From NCBI GenBank assembly GCA_003599755.1, contig QZJO01000007.1:41221-105220 (forward strand): DNA of 64,000 nucleotides. The letters run 5' to 3'. Source of the stretch: Candidatus Parcubacteria bacterium (lineage in GTDB: Bacteria > Patescibacteriota > Minisyncoccia > Sungbacterales > SURF-37). Both the position numbers and the translations under genes were made by a program. Shown piece after piece: positions 8,390 through 16,250 of this stretch. The notes below the pieces were generated by a model. It was not told the origin of the DNA. It searched no databases and saw only the letters and a list, made by a program, of their open reading frames with translations. Position 1 is the stretch's first letter; each line of letters opens with the position of its first letter.

Positions 8390-10849
8390 ATGGCTGATAT
8401 CGGAAAAATTACGCCGCGCGAGATTACCGACGAGATGCGCGAGTCGTACCTCGACTACGCGATGTCGGTGATCGTTGCGCGGGCATTGCCCGACGTCCGG
8501 GACGGCCTCAAGCCCGTGCACCGGCGGATTTTGTACACCATGGATTCCATGGGATTGACCGCGGGCGCAAAATTCCGCAAATCCGCGGCCGTCGTGGGCG
8601 CGTGCCTCGGCCAATACCATCCGCACGGCGACATGGCAGTGTATGACGCGCTCGTACGCCTTGCCCAAGAGTTCGCGTTGCGCTATCCGCTCGTAGACGG
8701 GCAGGGCAACTTCGGATCCGTGGATGGCGATCCGCCCGCGGCCCAGCGCTACACCGAAGTCCGCCTGACCAAAATCGCATCCGAACTGTTGCGCGATATC
8801 GACAAGGAAACCGTCGCCTTTATTCCCAACTATGACGCGACGCGCGAAGAGCCCACGGTACTGCCGGCGGCCATCCCGAACCTGCTTTTGAACGGCGCGC
8901 TCGGCATCGCGGTCGGCATGGCGACCAATATTCCGCCGCATAATTTGAATGAGATCGTGGATGCGCTCGAGCACCTCATCGCGCATCCGAACGCTACGCA
9001 CGACGACCTTATGGAGATCCTCAAGGGCCCGGATTTCCCGACCGGCGGCCTGATTTTTGACGAAAAAAACATCCGCCAGACCTATGCCACGGGCCGCGGC
9101 GCGATTCTCATGCGCGGCGTTGCCGAGATCGCGGAGCGCGAAAAAGCCAAAGGATCGAGCCGCGAAGGAACGCAGATCATCATCACCGAAATTCCGTACC
9201 AGGTGAACAAGGCCGAGCTCATCACGCATATCGCGGAGCTGGTAACCGACAAAAAGCTCGAAGGCATCCGCGACATCCGCGACGAATCGGACAAGGAAGG
9301 ATTGCGCATCGCGATCGACCTCAAAACCGACGCCTATCCGCAAAAGGTACTGAACTTTTTGTACAAATACACCGACCTCGAAAAAAATTTCAACGTGAAC
9401 ATGTTAGCGCTCGTGGACGGCATCCAGCCGCAGGTTTTGTCCTTGAAGCAGATGCTCGAGGAATACCTCAAGCACCGCAAGGACGTGGTCACGCGCCGGA
9501 CGCAGTTCGATCTGGCGCGCACCAAAGAACGCATCCACATTCTTGAAGGACTTTCCAAGGCGCTTGATCATATCGATGCGGTGATCGACACGATCAAAAA
9601 ATCCGCTGACCGCGAAGCGGCGCATGCGAATTTGAAAAAGAAATTCAGTTTTTCCGACATCCAGGCCAACGCCATTCTCGACATGCGCTTGGCGACGCTC
9701 GCGAACCTCGAGCGCCAGAAGATCGACGACGAACTCAAGGAAAAGCAAAAGCTCGCGCGCGAGCTCGAAGCGCTGTTGAAAGATCCGAAAAAGATCTCGG
9801 ACGTCATTGCCAAGGAACTCAACGGCCTCAAAGCCAACTACGGCGACGAGCGGCGGACCAAAGTCATGAAGCACGCGGCGCGCGAGATCGCGACCGAAGA
9901 TATCATCCCCGAAGAAGAAATGATCATCGTGCTCACGCGCGGCGGCTATATCAAGCGTATCCGCCCCGAAGCGTATCGGGTGCAAAAGCGCGGCGGCAAA
10001 GGCATCCAGGGCATCGAAACGAAGGAGGAGGACGTGGTCGAGCATTTCGTGACCGTCAATACGCACGATGATCTTTTGTTTTTCACCTCGTCGGGCAAAG
10101 TATTCCAAACCAAGGCCTACGAGATACCTGAAGGGTCGCGCACCTCCAAGGGTAAAGCCATCGTCAATTTCCTCTCGGTCAAGGCGGACGAGCAGATCAT
10201 GTCGGTCGTGCCGGTGCCCAAACGCACCGCGCCCCGCCCCAGCGGATTTCTCGTACTGGTGACCGAGCGTGGTATGATAAAGAAGGTCACTTCCGACGCG
10301 TTCGCCAATGTGCGCAAAAGCGGCATTGTCGCGATCAATCTCGACAGCGGGGATGCGCTACGCGGCGTTTCACTGACCAGCGGCAAAGATGAGATCCTCC
10401 TGGTAACCGCCGGCGGCCAGGCGATCCGATTCAAGGAAACCGATATCCGGCCTATGGGCCGCGGCGCGCGCGGCGTCAAAGCCATGCGCCTCAGGAAGGA
10501 TGATCTCGTCCGCGGCATGAACGTCATCACTGCGGTCGGCGGCGAAGAACGCGCTGAAATCCTCGTGGTCTTCGATCAGGGATTCACGAAAAAAACGCCG
10601 GTGCGCGAATACAAGCGCCAGAAGCGCGGCGGTTCGGGCATCAAGACCGCAAAGATCACGGCCAAAAACGGCAAAATCGTCAACACGCGCATCATCAAAG
10701 AGGAGATAGAAGTCGTCGCTATTTCGCAAAAAGGCCAAGTCATCCGCACGCCGCTTGCCGACATCCCGACACTGGGCCGCGCGACGCAAGGCGTGCGCAT
10801 CATGCGCCTCAACGAGGGAGATCACATCGCGTCTTTCACGACACTCTAA
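8390..10849 (+). CDS. gyrA: DNA gyrase subunit A
   Basis: ..[30 protein letters not shown].. N-terminal signature; 819 aa with C-terminal beta-pinwheel repeats. Confidence 0.95.
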   Translation: MADIGKITPREITDEMRESYLDYAMSVIVARALPDVRDGLKPVHRRILYTMDSMGLTAGAKFRKSAAVVGACLGQYHPHGDMAVYDALVRLAQEFALRYPLVDGQGNFGSVDGDPPAAQRYTEVRLTKIASELLRDIDKETVAFIPNYDATREEPTVLPAAIPNLLLNGALGIAVGMATNIPPHNLNEIVDALEHLIAHPNATHDDLMEILKGPDFPTGGLIFDEKNIRQTYATGRGAILMRGVAEIAEREKAKGSSREGTQIIITEIPYQVNKAELITHIAELVTDKKLEGIRDIRDESDKEGLRIAIDLKTDAYPQKVLNFLYKYTDLEKNFNVNMLALVDGIQPQVLSLKQMLEEYLKHRKDVVTRRTQFDLARTKERIHILEGLSKALDHIDAVIDTIKKSADREAAHANLKKKFSFSDIQANAILDMRLATLANLERQKIDDELKEKQKLARELEALLKDPKKISDVIAKELNGLKANYGDERRTKVMKHAAREIATEDIIPEEEMIIVLTRGGYIKRIRPEAYRVQKRGGKGIQGIETKEEDVVEHFVTVNTHDDLLFFTSSGKVFQTKAYEIPEGSRTSKGKAIVNFLSVKADEQIMSVVPVPKRTAPRPSGFLVLVTERGMIKKVTSDAFANVRKSGIVAINLDSGDALRGVSLTSGKDEILLVTAGGQAIRFKETDIRPMGRGARGVKAMRLRKDDLVRGMNVITAVGGEERAEILVVFDQGFTKKTPVREYKRQKRGGSGIKTAKITAKNGKIVNTRIIKEEIEVVAISQKGQVIRTPLADIPTLGRATQGVRIMRLNEGDHIASFTTL

Positions 10850-10855
10850 GCACCC

Positions 10856-11467
10856 ATGCCAGAATCGAGCGAACGGACCACAGCCGCAACCGTTCCGACT
10901 CGCGCCGAGCCGCCTCCGCCTCCCGGCAGCGGCGGATTTTTGCATCCCGATAAAACCATCGCGGCATTCGATCTGCGGCCGGGCATGATCGTGGCCGATT
11001 TCGGCTGCGGCGGCGGGTACTTCTCGATTCCTGCGGCGCGCGCGGTCGGCGAGAACGGCAAAGTATACGCCCTGGATGTCCAAAAAAACGCGCTTGCCGC
11101 GCTCAAGGCGAAAGTCGCGGCTGAGCACCTGCCGCAACTGGAACCGGTGTGGGCGGATCTGGAACGACCTGACGGCTCGCATCTTCCCCAAAGCGCGGTG
11201 GATTTCGTCATCATCGCGAATATTCTGTTCCAAGCCGAGAAACGGGATGCCGTCGTCGCGGAAGCGCGCCGCGTACTCCGCTCCGGCGGGATGCTCGCAA
11301 TCGTGGAATGGGATGATACGCCGTTTCCCGCCGGCCCGCCGATGATTCTGCGCGTCCCGCGGGCCGAAGCGAAGCAGCTTGCCGCGAAAACAGGGTTCGA
11401 ACTCGTCCGGGAATTCGATGCCGGCAGCCATCATTACGGCATGCTCTTTACCAAACCCCGCACCTAA
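10856..11467 (+). CDS. class I SAM-dependent methyltransferase
   Basis: Motif I VADFGCGGGYF, motif post-I YALDV, and the VLRSGGMLAIVEW region. Confidence 0.7.
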   Translation: MPESSERTTAATVPTRAEPPPPPGSGGFLHPDKTIAAFDLRPGMIVADFGCGGGYFSIPAARAVGENGKVYALDVQKNALAALKAKVAAEHLPQLEPVWADLERPDGSHLPQSAVDFVIIANILFQAEKRDAVVAEARRVLRSGGMLAIVEWDDTPFPAGPPMILRVPRAEAKQLAAKTGFELVREFDAGSHHYGMLFTKPRT

Positions 11468-11610
11468 CCCATGACCCTTCGACGCGACTCAGGGCGAGCA
11501 ACGAATATACCAAGACATATGCGCTATACTTTTCTCTCAACTACTCGTGGTGAGCCTGTGCTTCGACGTGCTCAGCATCTGCATCATGAGCGTAGTCGAA
11601 TGATCGAACC

Positions 11611-12906
11611 ATGAACAAGTTCCAGCTCGTATTCAGCATCGCGCTCGTCGTCATCATCGCGCTTGCCGTCATATTGTTGCTCCGAGGGTTCGGGGACGAT
11701 GGCACGAAAGCGCCGGAGTTCGAAATTACCGTGTGGGGGACTGACCCCGATGAAACGCGCTGGCGATCGCTGATCAATACCTATACCAAAGAACAGTCGC
11801 CCAACGCGAAAATCGAATACGTACCCAAAGATCCGCGTACGTACGAGGCCGAACTTTTGAACGCGCTCGCTTCCGGCGCGGGCCCGGACGCGTTTTTCTT
11901 GTCCAATACGCTCTTGGCCAAGCACCGCGACAAAGTCCAGCCGCTCCAGGAGCAATCGCTCGGCTATACCAAGCAATCGCTCAAGGCGGCGTTTCCGGAT
12001 GCCGTGGTGGATGCCGTCACGGGCCCCGACAATGAGCTCCTCGGCACGCCGTTGTATTTCGACACGCTCGCGCTCTTTTATAACCGCGATTATCTGAACA
12101 CGGCCAACATTCCGTTGCCGCCCGCGACCTGGGACGAACTCGTCAATCAAAGCCGGGCGCTGACGCGCTATGCCGAGACCGGAGCCATTCGCCGCTCGGG
12201 CGTCGCGATGGGCTCGTCGGGAAATGTCGCGCATGCGCACGAAATCATGGCGCTCTTGATCTATCAAAGCGGCGGCGACATCGTGAATTCCGCCAATCGG
12301 GCGAGCGCCCTCAACAGCCCCGAAACCGAAACCGCGCTCGGCTTTTATACCGCCTTCGTGGACCCGACGAAACGGAGCTTCAGCTGGAATGCGCTGTTCC
12401 CTCCGTCGATCGACGCGTTTTCCACGGGCGATGCCGCGTTCGTTCTGGGCTATGCCGCCGATGCCGAGCGCATCACGGCGCTGAATCCGCAGCTCAACTT
12501 TGACGTCGCGCCCGTGCCCCAGCCGACCGGTGCGAACATACGGATCAACATGGGCCGATTTGATATCATCGCGCTCTCGCGCCTGACCAAGGAAGCGAAC
12601 AATGCCTGGCATTTTCTGCTCTGGCTGCAAGAACGGGACGTACAGAAGCGCTACGCGGACGCGCGCGCCTTGCCGCCCGCGCGGCGCGACCTCATCGCGT
12701 CGCAGCCGCCGCGCGAATACCTTGCCGCGTTTTACGGACAAATCCTCTCGGCGCGCACGCTGCCGGTCGAGGCCGGCGACTCGCTCGCGCGCATCCTCGG
12801 TGATATGATTGATAGTGCGGCAACACGCCAGACGGAACTCGCGCAAGCCGTCCAACGCGCGCACCGGCAGCTTGCCGAAGCGCTCCGGCCGCCGGACAAC
12901 CCATAG
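11611..12906 (+). CDS. membrane-anchored extracellular solute-binding protein (family 1-like), orphan
   Basis: N-terminal TM anchor then periplasmic-binding-protein-like sequence; no adjacent permease or ATPase genes; stop is 9 nt before the first pilin gene. Confidence 0.5.
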   Translation: MNKFQLVFSIALVVIIALAVILLLRGFGDDGTKAPEFEITVWGTDPDETRWRSLINTYTKEQSPNAKIEYVPKDPRTYEAELLNALASGAGPDAFFLSNTLLAKHRDKVQPLQEQSLGYTKQSLKAAFPDAVVDAVTGPDNELLGTPLYFDTLALFYNRDYLNTANIPLPPATWDELVNQSRALTRYAETGAIRRSGVAMGSSGNVAHAHEIMALLIYQSGGDIVNSANRASALNSPETETALGFYTAFVDPTKRSFSWNALFPPSIDAFSTGDAAFVLGYAADAERITALNPQLNFDVAPVPQPTGANIRINMGRFDIIALSRLTKEANNAWHFLLWLQERDVQKRYADARALPPARRDLIASQPPREYLAAFYGQILSARTLPVEAGDSLARILGDMIDSAATRQTELAQAVQRAHRQLAEALRPPDNP

Positions 12907-12915
12907 ATTTCCGCC

Positions 12916-13359
12916 ATGCCCCGTATCTTCCGTATTGCGTTGTTCCTCACCGTGCTTGCGGTCTTTGTTCCCGTTTCGGCCGGCGCCCAAAGCGGCCTCG
13001 TACCCTGCACAATTACCCAGTGCCACATCTGCGATCTTGCGGAACTACTCAAGCGCGTCACGGACTTTTTCATCTTGCGCGTCGCGCTGCCCGGTTCCGC
13101 GCTCTTGTTCGCACTCGGCGGGATCATGCTCTTGATATCGGGCACGTCGGAACAGCGCCGCACGCAGGGCAAAACGATTATTTGGCGCACGGTCATCGGC
13201 ATCGTCATCATTCTGCTTTCATGGACATTCATCGATACGCTCATTAAAGTACTGACTGGAACCACCGCTGCTTCGGGGTCGGATACGTTCTATCCGGGTA
13301 AACTCGGTCCGTGGAACGAATTCAATCTAGAAAAATGCAAAGAAGGTTTCGCACCATGA
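12916..13359 (+). CDS. TrbC/VirB2-like pilin paralog 1
   Basis: Signal peptide (..FVPVSAGAQ), Cys pair (CTITQCHIC), then two TM helices separated by GTSEQRRTQGKTIIW; stop overlaps the next start (ATGA). Confidence 0.55.
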   Translation: MPRIFRIALFLTVLAVFVPVSAGAQSGLVPCTITQCHICDLAELLKRVTDFFILRVALPGSALLFALGGIMLLISGTSEQRRTQGKTIIWRTVIGIVIILLSWTFIDTLIKVLTGTTAASGSDTFYPGKLGPWNEFNLEKCKEGFAP

Positions 13360-13691
13360 TGGTCCGCACTGCGACACTCCTTACCTCCGTTCTCGCGTTC
13401 GCATCGCCCGTGCATGCGCAGACGGTTACTATTATCAATCCGCTCTGCCCTGGATCGACTTGTACGTTTGACGTTATTTTCGACCGCCTCACCAACTATG
13501 CGCTACTCGTGCTCGGGCCGATCGCCGTTATCATCATTCTTTGGGTCGGCTTTACGTATATGACAAGCGGCGGGAGCCCCGAGCGGATAAAGCAAGCCCA
13601 TCGGGCGCTTCTCTGGGCCATCGTCGGCATTGCCATCGTTCTTTTGGCCAAAGGCATATACGCGATTATCAAGACCGTCCTCGGCCCTTAG
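13356..13691 (+). CDS. TrbC/VirB2-like pilin paralog 2
   Basis: MMVRTATLLTSVLAFASPVHAQ signal peptide; CPGSTC; TM-SGGSPERIKQAHRALLW-TM. Confidence 0.6.
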   Translation: MMVRTATLLTSVLAFASPVHAQTVTIINPLCPGSTCTFDVIFDRLTNYALLVLGPIAVIIILWVGFTYMTSGGSPERIKQAHRALLWAIVGIAIVLLAKGIYAIIKTVLGP

Positions 13692-13692
13692 T

Positions 13693-14031
13693 ATGTCATC
13701 ATCAAAGCTCGCCCTTTTCGCGCTCTGCATCGGCATCATCGCCGCGCCGTTTTTCGCTGACGCCGCCATCACCTCCGCGTGCGATATCGTGACGCTCCTG
13801 AACCGCATCAAGGAATGGTTCGGCATCCTGGTCGGCATCATCGCGACGATTGCAATCCTCTACGCCGGCCTGTTGTTCATGACCGCGGCCGGCAGCGATG
13901 AGCAGATCACCAAAGCGAAATCCACGCTGCTCTGGGCATTGGTCGGCATCGCCGTCGCGCTGCTCGCCTCGGGAGTCGTGGCATTCGTGCAAACCATCGT
14001 CGGCGGCACCCTTCCCGCCAATTGCCCGTAA
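13693..14031 (+). CDS. TrbC/VirB2-like pilin paralog 3
   Basis: MSSSKLALFALCIGIIAAPFFADAA; TM-AAGSDEQITKAKSTLLW-TM; start is 2 nt after the previous stop. Confidence 0.6.
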   Translation: MSSSKLALFALCIGIIAAPFFADAAITSACDIVTLLNRIKEWFGILVGIIATIAILYAGLLFMTAAGSDEQITKAKSTLLWALVGIAVALLASGVVAFVQTIVGGTLPANCP

Positions 14032-14065
14032 CGCAGCCGACGCACCCATAAGTGAATTGCGCCCT

Positions 14066-14094
14066 TTGACGAACTTGGCAACTCTTTCTATGCT
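14066..14094 (+). promoter_or_regulatory. sigma70-like promoter for pilin paralog 4
   Basis: TTGACG (14066-14071), 17-nt spacer, TATGCT (14089-14094). Confidence 0.4.
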
Positions 14095-14186
14095 AGGAAT
14101 ACGGATTTTTGTTCATTCCGCAGGGTAGCCCTGCCTAAAGGTCGGCCCGATAGCGCATAATGTCAGTACTCATCATTCTCTCCACC

Positions 14187-14531
14187 ATGCAAAAAACCGT
14201 TCGCGCTTCACTCTTCGCCCTTGCTCTCCTTGCCGCTCCGTTCATGGCATCGGCCCAGATCGAGGACATCTGTGATGTTCTCACTCTCGTGGAACTCGTC
14301 CTGACCTGGTTCGGGATCCTGGTCTTCATCGTCGCGGTTATCTTCATTCTCTACGCCGGCTTCCTGTTTATTACGAGCGGCGGCAATGAAGAAACGCGGA
14401 AAAAAGCGAGCTCAACACTGCTCTGGGGCCTGATTGGCATCGCCGTCGCACTGCTTGCGACCAATGCCATTCCATTCGTCCAGGCAACCGTTGGCGGGCA
14501 AACATTCGACAACTGCGTCCCCAGCGTCTAA
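14187..14531 (+). CDS. TrbC/VirB2-like pilin paralog 4
   Basis: MQKTVRASLFALALLAAPFMASA signal peptide; TM-SGGNEETRKKASSTLLW-TM; followed by a perfect terminator. Confidence 0.6.
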   Translation: MQKTVRASLFALALLAAPFMASAQIEDICDVLTLVELVLTWFGILVFIVAVIFILYAGFLFITSGGNEETRKKASSTLLWGLIGIAVALLATNAIPFVQATVGGQTFDNCVPSV

Positions 14532-14552
14532 CCGCGCCCGGAAACGATACGA

Positions 14553-14588
14553 AAAGCAAAACGGCCCCTAGGGGCCGTTTTGCTTTTT
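14553..14588. terminator. rho-independent terminator after the pilin array
   Basis: aaaagcaaaacggcccc-ta-ggggccgttttgcttttt: 13-bp stem and T-run. Confidence 0.7.
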
Positions 14589-14608
14589 CCGAGCAATATC
14601 GCTATAGT
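14580..14608 (+). promoter_or_regulatory. candidate promoter for tRNA-Leu
   Basis: TTGCTT, 17-nt spacer, TATAGT, ending ~25 nt before the tRNA 5' end. Confidence 0.35.
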
Positions 14609-14632
14609 TCAGTGCGCGCCCGTCCCTTCGCT

Positions 14633-14714
14633 GCCGAGGTGGCGGAACTGGCATACGCGCAGGACTTAGAATCCTGTCCCGCAAGGGTTGTGGGTTCGAC
14701 TCCCACCCTCGGCA
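14633..14714 (+). tRNA. tRNA-Leu (TAG), long variable arm
   Basis: GCCGAGG..cuUAGaa..long extra arm..GGTTCGACTCC..CCTCGGC-A. Confidence 0.85.
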
Positions 14715-14817
14715 TGGATCGTTTATCGATAGAAGAGTAGCTATCGCGTTGGCCATTCTCACGTTTTGCCCGCGTCACGTATTTTACTCACGAAACGACT
14801 CGCATCCATTGCGACAA

Positions 14818-14853
14818 TGTACTACTATTACGCTATAGCGTAATAGTAGTACA
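14818..14853. promoter_or_regulatory. 36-bp perfect palindrome, putative operator, abutting the PaaX-like start codon
   Basis: tgtactactattacgcTATAGCgtaatagtagtaca; perfect dyad symmetry; last nt is the A of the ATG. Confidence 0.5.
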
Positions 14854-15416
14854 TGCAACGAAAAACGTGGTATTTTATTGGGAAAACTGTTCTTTCGATC
14901 ATCGGCACGGGTGCTCTTGTTTTGAGTGCCGCGGCTGTTCCAAACGCTGCACAGATGCTCGCTCCGTTAGTCGCCAAACGCCGCGGAAAAACGAATAGGC
15001 GTGCGCTTGAGCGTACAATCCATGCGCTGCAACGCCAGCGACTCATTGAATTCGTGCCTCATCACGGAAAAATTGTCATGCGGATTACCGAAGGTGGCAA
15101 GAAAAAATTGCGTGAATTTGACTTCGATACGATGTCGCTCGCGGTGCCGCAACACTGGAATAAACAATGGACCGTAATACTGTTTGATATTCCTGAAGAA
15201 AAGAAGTCTGCGCGGGACGCACTCAGAAGAAAACTACGGGATCTGCAATGCTATGCGCTCCATCGCAGCGTCTTCGTGCATCCAGCGGACGGACGCGATG
15301 AAATTGATTTCGTTATCCAGACATTCGGGATTCAAAACTACGTGATTCATTTTCGAACGCCATCCCTGGGCTATGGCGAGGGCAGGGCTCGCGCTCATTT
15401 CAAATTACTGCCATAG
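14853..15416 (+). CDS. PaaX-like transcriptional regulator with a predicted N-terminal TM segment
   Basis: Winged-helix-like ALERTIHALQRQRLIEF, then the PaaX C-terminal signature WNKQWTVILFDIPEEKKSARDALRRKLRDLQCYALHRSVFVHP. Confidence 0.5.
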   Translation: MQRKTWYFIGKTVLSIIGTGALVLSAAAVPNAAQMLAPLVAKRRGKTNRRALERTIHALQRQRLIEFVPHHGKIVMRITEGGKKKLREFDFDTMSLAVPQHWNKQWTVILFDIPEEKKSARDALRRKLRDLQCYALHRSVFVHPADGRDEIDFVIQTFGIQNYVIHFRTPSLGYGEGRARAHFKLLP

Positions 15417-15421
15417 CAGTC

Positions 15422-15457
15422 TGTACTGATATCGCGCTATAGCGCAGCATTAGTACA
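15422..15457. promoter_or_regulatory. degenerate second copy of the 36-bp palindrome, 3' of the PaaX-like gene
   Basis: tgtactgatatcgcgcTATAGCgcagcattagtaca; same TGTACT..CGCTATAGCG..AGTACA frame as the upstream site, 4 arm mismatches. Confidence 0.4.
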
Positions 15458-15547
15458 AAAACTCCGCCATTCATGCATGTCGCATGATATTGCGCAATCA
15501 TGGCTAGCGATATATTATGCATCAGGCATAAATAAATCAGCCGTAAT

Positions 15548-15819
15548 GCCGATGTAGCTCAGCGGCAGAGCAACTCCATGGTGGGATCGCTCTTGATCTC
15601 CCGCCCCCGCAACGGGAAACTGTTGCGGCGTACCCCGAATAACGGTTCACGGCCCGGCACGGGCATATAGACCGTGGCCCTGCCTCAGGGCCCGAACGAC
15701 TGACAAGGGGGATCCGGTCCAACGCGGATCAATATACAGTCTAGCCCTCTGATGGTGCCCCAGAAACAAGAGGTAGTACGCGAAGGAGTAGGTCGTGGGT
15801 TCAATTCCCACCATCGGCT
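15548..15819 (+). tRNA. intron-containing tRNA, best reading tRNA-Thr (GGU), split in the anticodon loop
   Basis: 5' exon GCCGATG-TA-GCTCAGCGGCAGAGC-A-ACTCC-auGGU and 3' exon aa-GGAGT-AGGTC-GTGGG-TTCAATT-CCCAC-CATCGGC-T give a perfect 7-bp acceptor, D arm, 5-bp anticodon stem and T arm only when ~200 nt are removed; the only junction obeying group I rules gives loop AUGGUAA. Confidence 0.55.
15583..15782 (+). ncRNA. ~200-nt intervening sequence in the tRNA anticodon loop, probably a small group I intron
   Basis: Bounded by an exon-terminal U and an intron-terminal G; GNRA-capped hairpin gcaacgg-GAAA-ctgttgc; GACTG..CAGTC candidate P7 pairing; size comparable to the smallest known tRNA group I introns. 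Confidence 0.45.
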
Positions 15820-15850
15820 CGAGCATATATCCGCATAACCCGCCACTCGC

Positions 15851-16012
15851 ATGCCGCAAGCAAATCTGATCAGATTCCAATGCTCCGCCTGCAAGCGCTA
15901 TACCTATTGGTCGCGCAAGAATGTGCGCAAAAGCGAAGGCAAACTTGCGCTGAAAAAGTTCTGCCGCTGGTGCCACAAGCAGACGCAGCACAAGGAAGCG
16001 AAAAAAACCTAA
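15851..16012 (+). CDS. rpmG: 50S ribosomal protein L33
   Basis: MPQANLIRFQCSACKRYTYWSRKNVRKSEGKLALKKFCRWCHKQTQHKEAKKT (53 aa, four-Cys zinc ribbon and LKKxC typical of L33); absent from the ORF track because it is shorter than 60 aa. Confidence 0.75.
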   Translation: MPQANLIRFQCSACKRYTYWSRKNVRKSEGKLALKKFCRWCHKQTQHKEAKKT

Positions 16013-16065
16013 CGAAATCGAACGCGTATGGCGTATTATAATGCGCTAACGCGCTCATCCGTGCT

Positions 16066-16140
16066 GGGGGTGTAAGCTCAACGGCAAACTGTCGCTCTCC
16101 AAAAGCGAACTTCCAGGTTCGAATCCTGGCACCCCCGCCA
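16066..16140 (+). tRNA. tRNA-Trp (CCA), 3' CCA encoded
   Basis: GGGGGTG..cuCCAaa..GGTTCGAATCC..CACCCCC-G-CCA. Confidence 0.85.
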
Positions 16141-16250
16141 TCCAATTGGCACGTCGGCTGCAACTATACGATTACCCGGGGCTACCGTGATCTGTCTGAA
16201 TGCCGAACTGAAAAAGCGTCTCCATGCGCTTGCGTCAACACTGGTGCGCC

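Noticed and set aside
9404-10108. Long antisense and alternative-frame ORFs throughout the window (e.g. 9404-10108, 10370-11434, 11584-13026, 19018-20145, 19293-20213, 21675-22697, 25983-26705, 35751-36962, 62501-63754)
   Set aside because: Arg/Ala/Gly-rich, low-complexity translations lying entirely inside well-supported genes on the other strand or frame; typical shadow ORFs of high-GC DNA
15583-15782. Alternative tRNA identities for the intron-containing gene (Arg-GCG or Pro-GGG by sliding the exon junction)
   Set aside because: Those junctions would require a 5' exon ending in G, violating the group I rule of a U at the 5' splice site; only the Thr-GGU junction gives a canonical 7-nt loop with a U-ending exon and a G-ending intron
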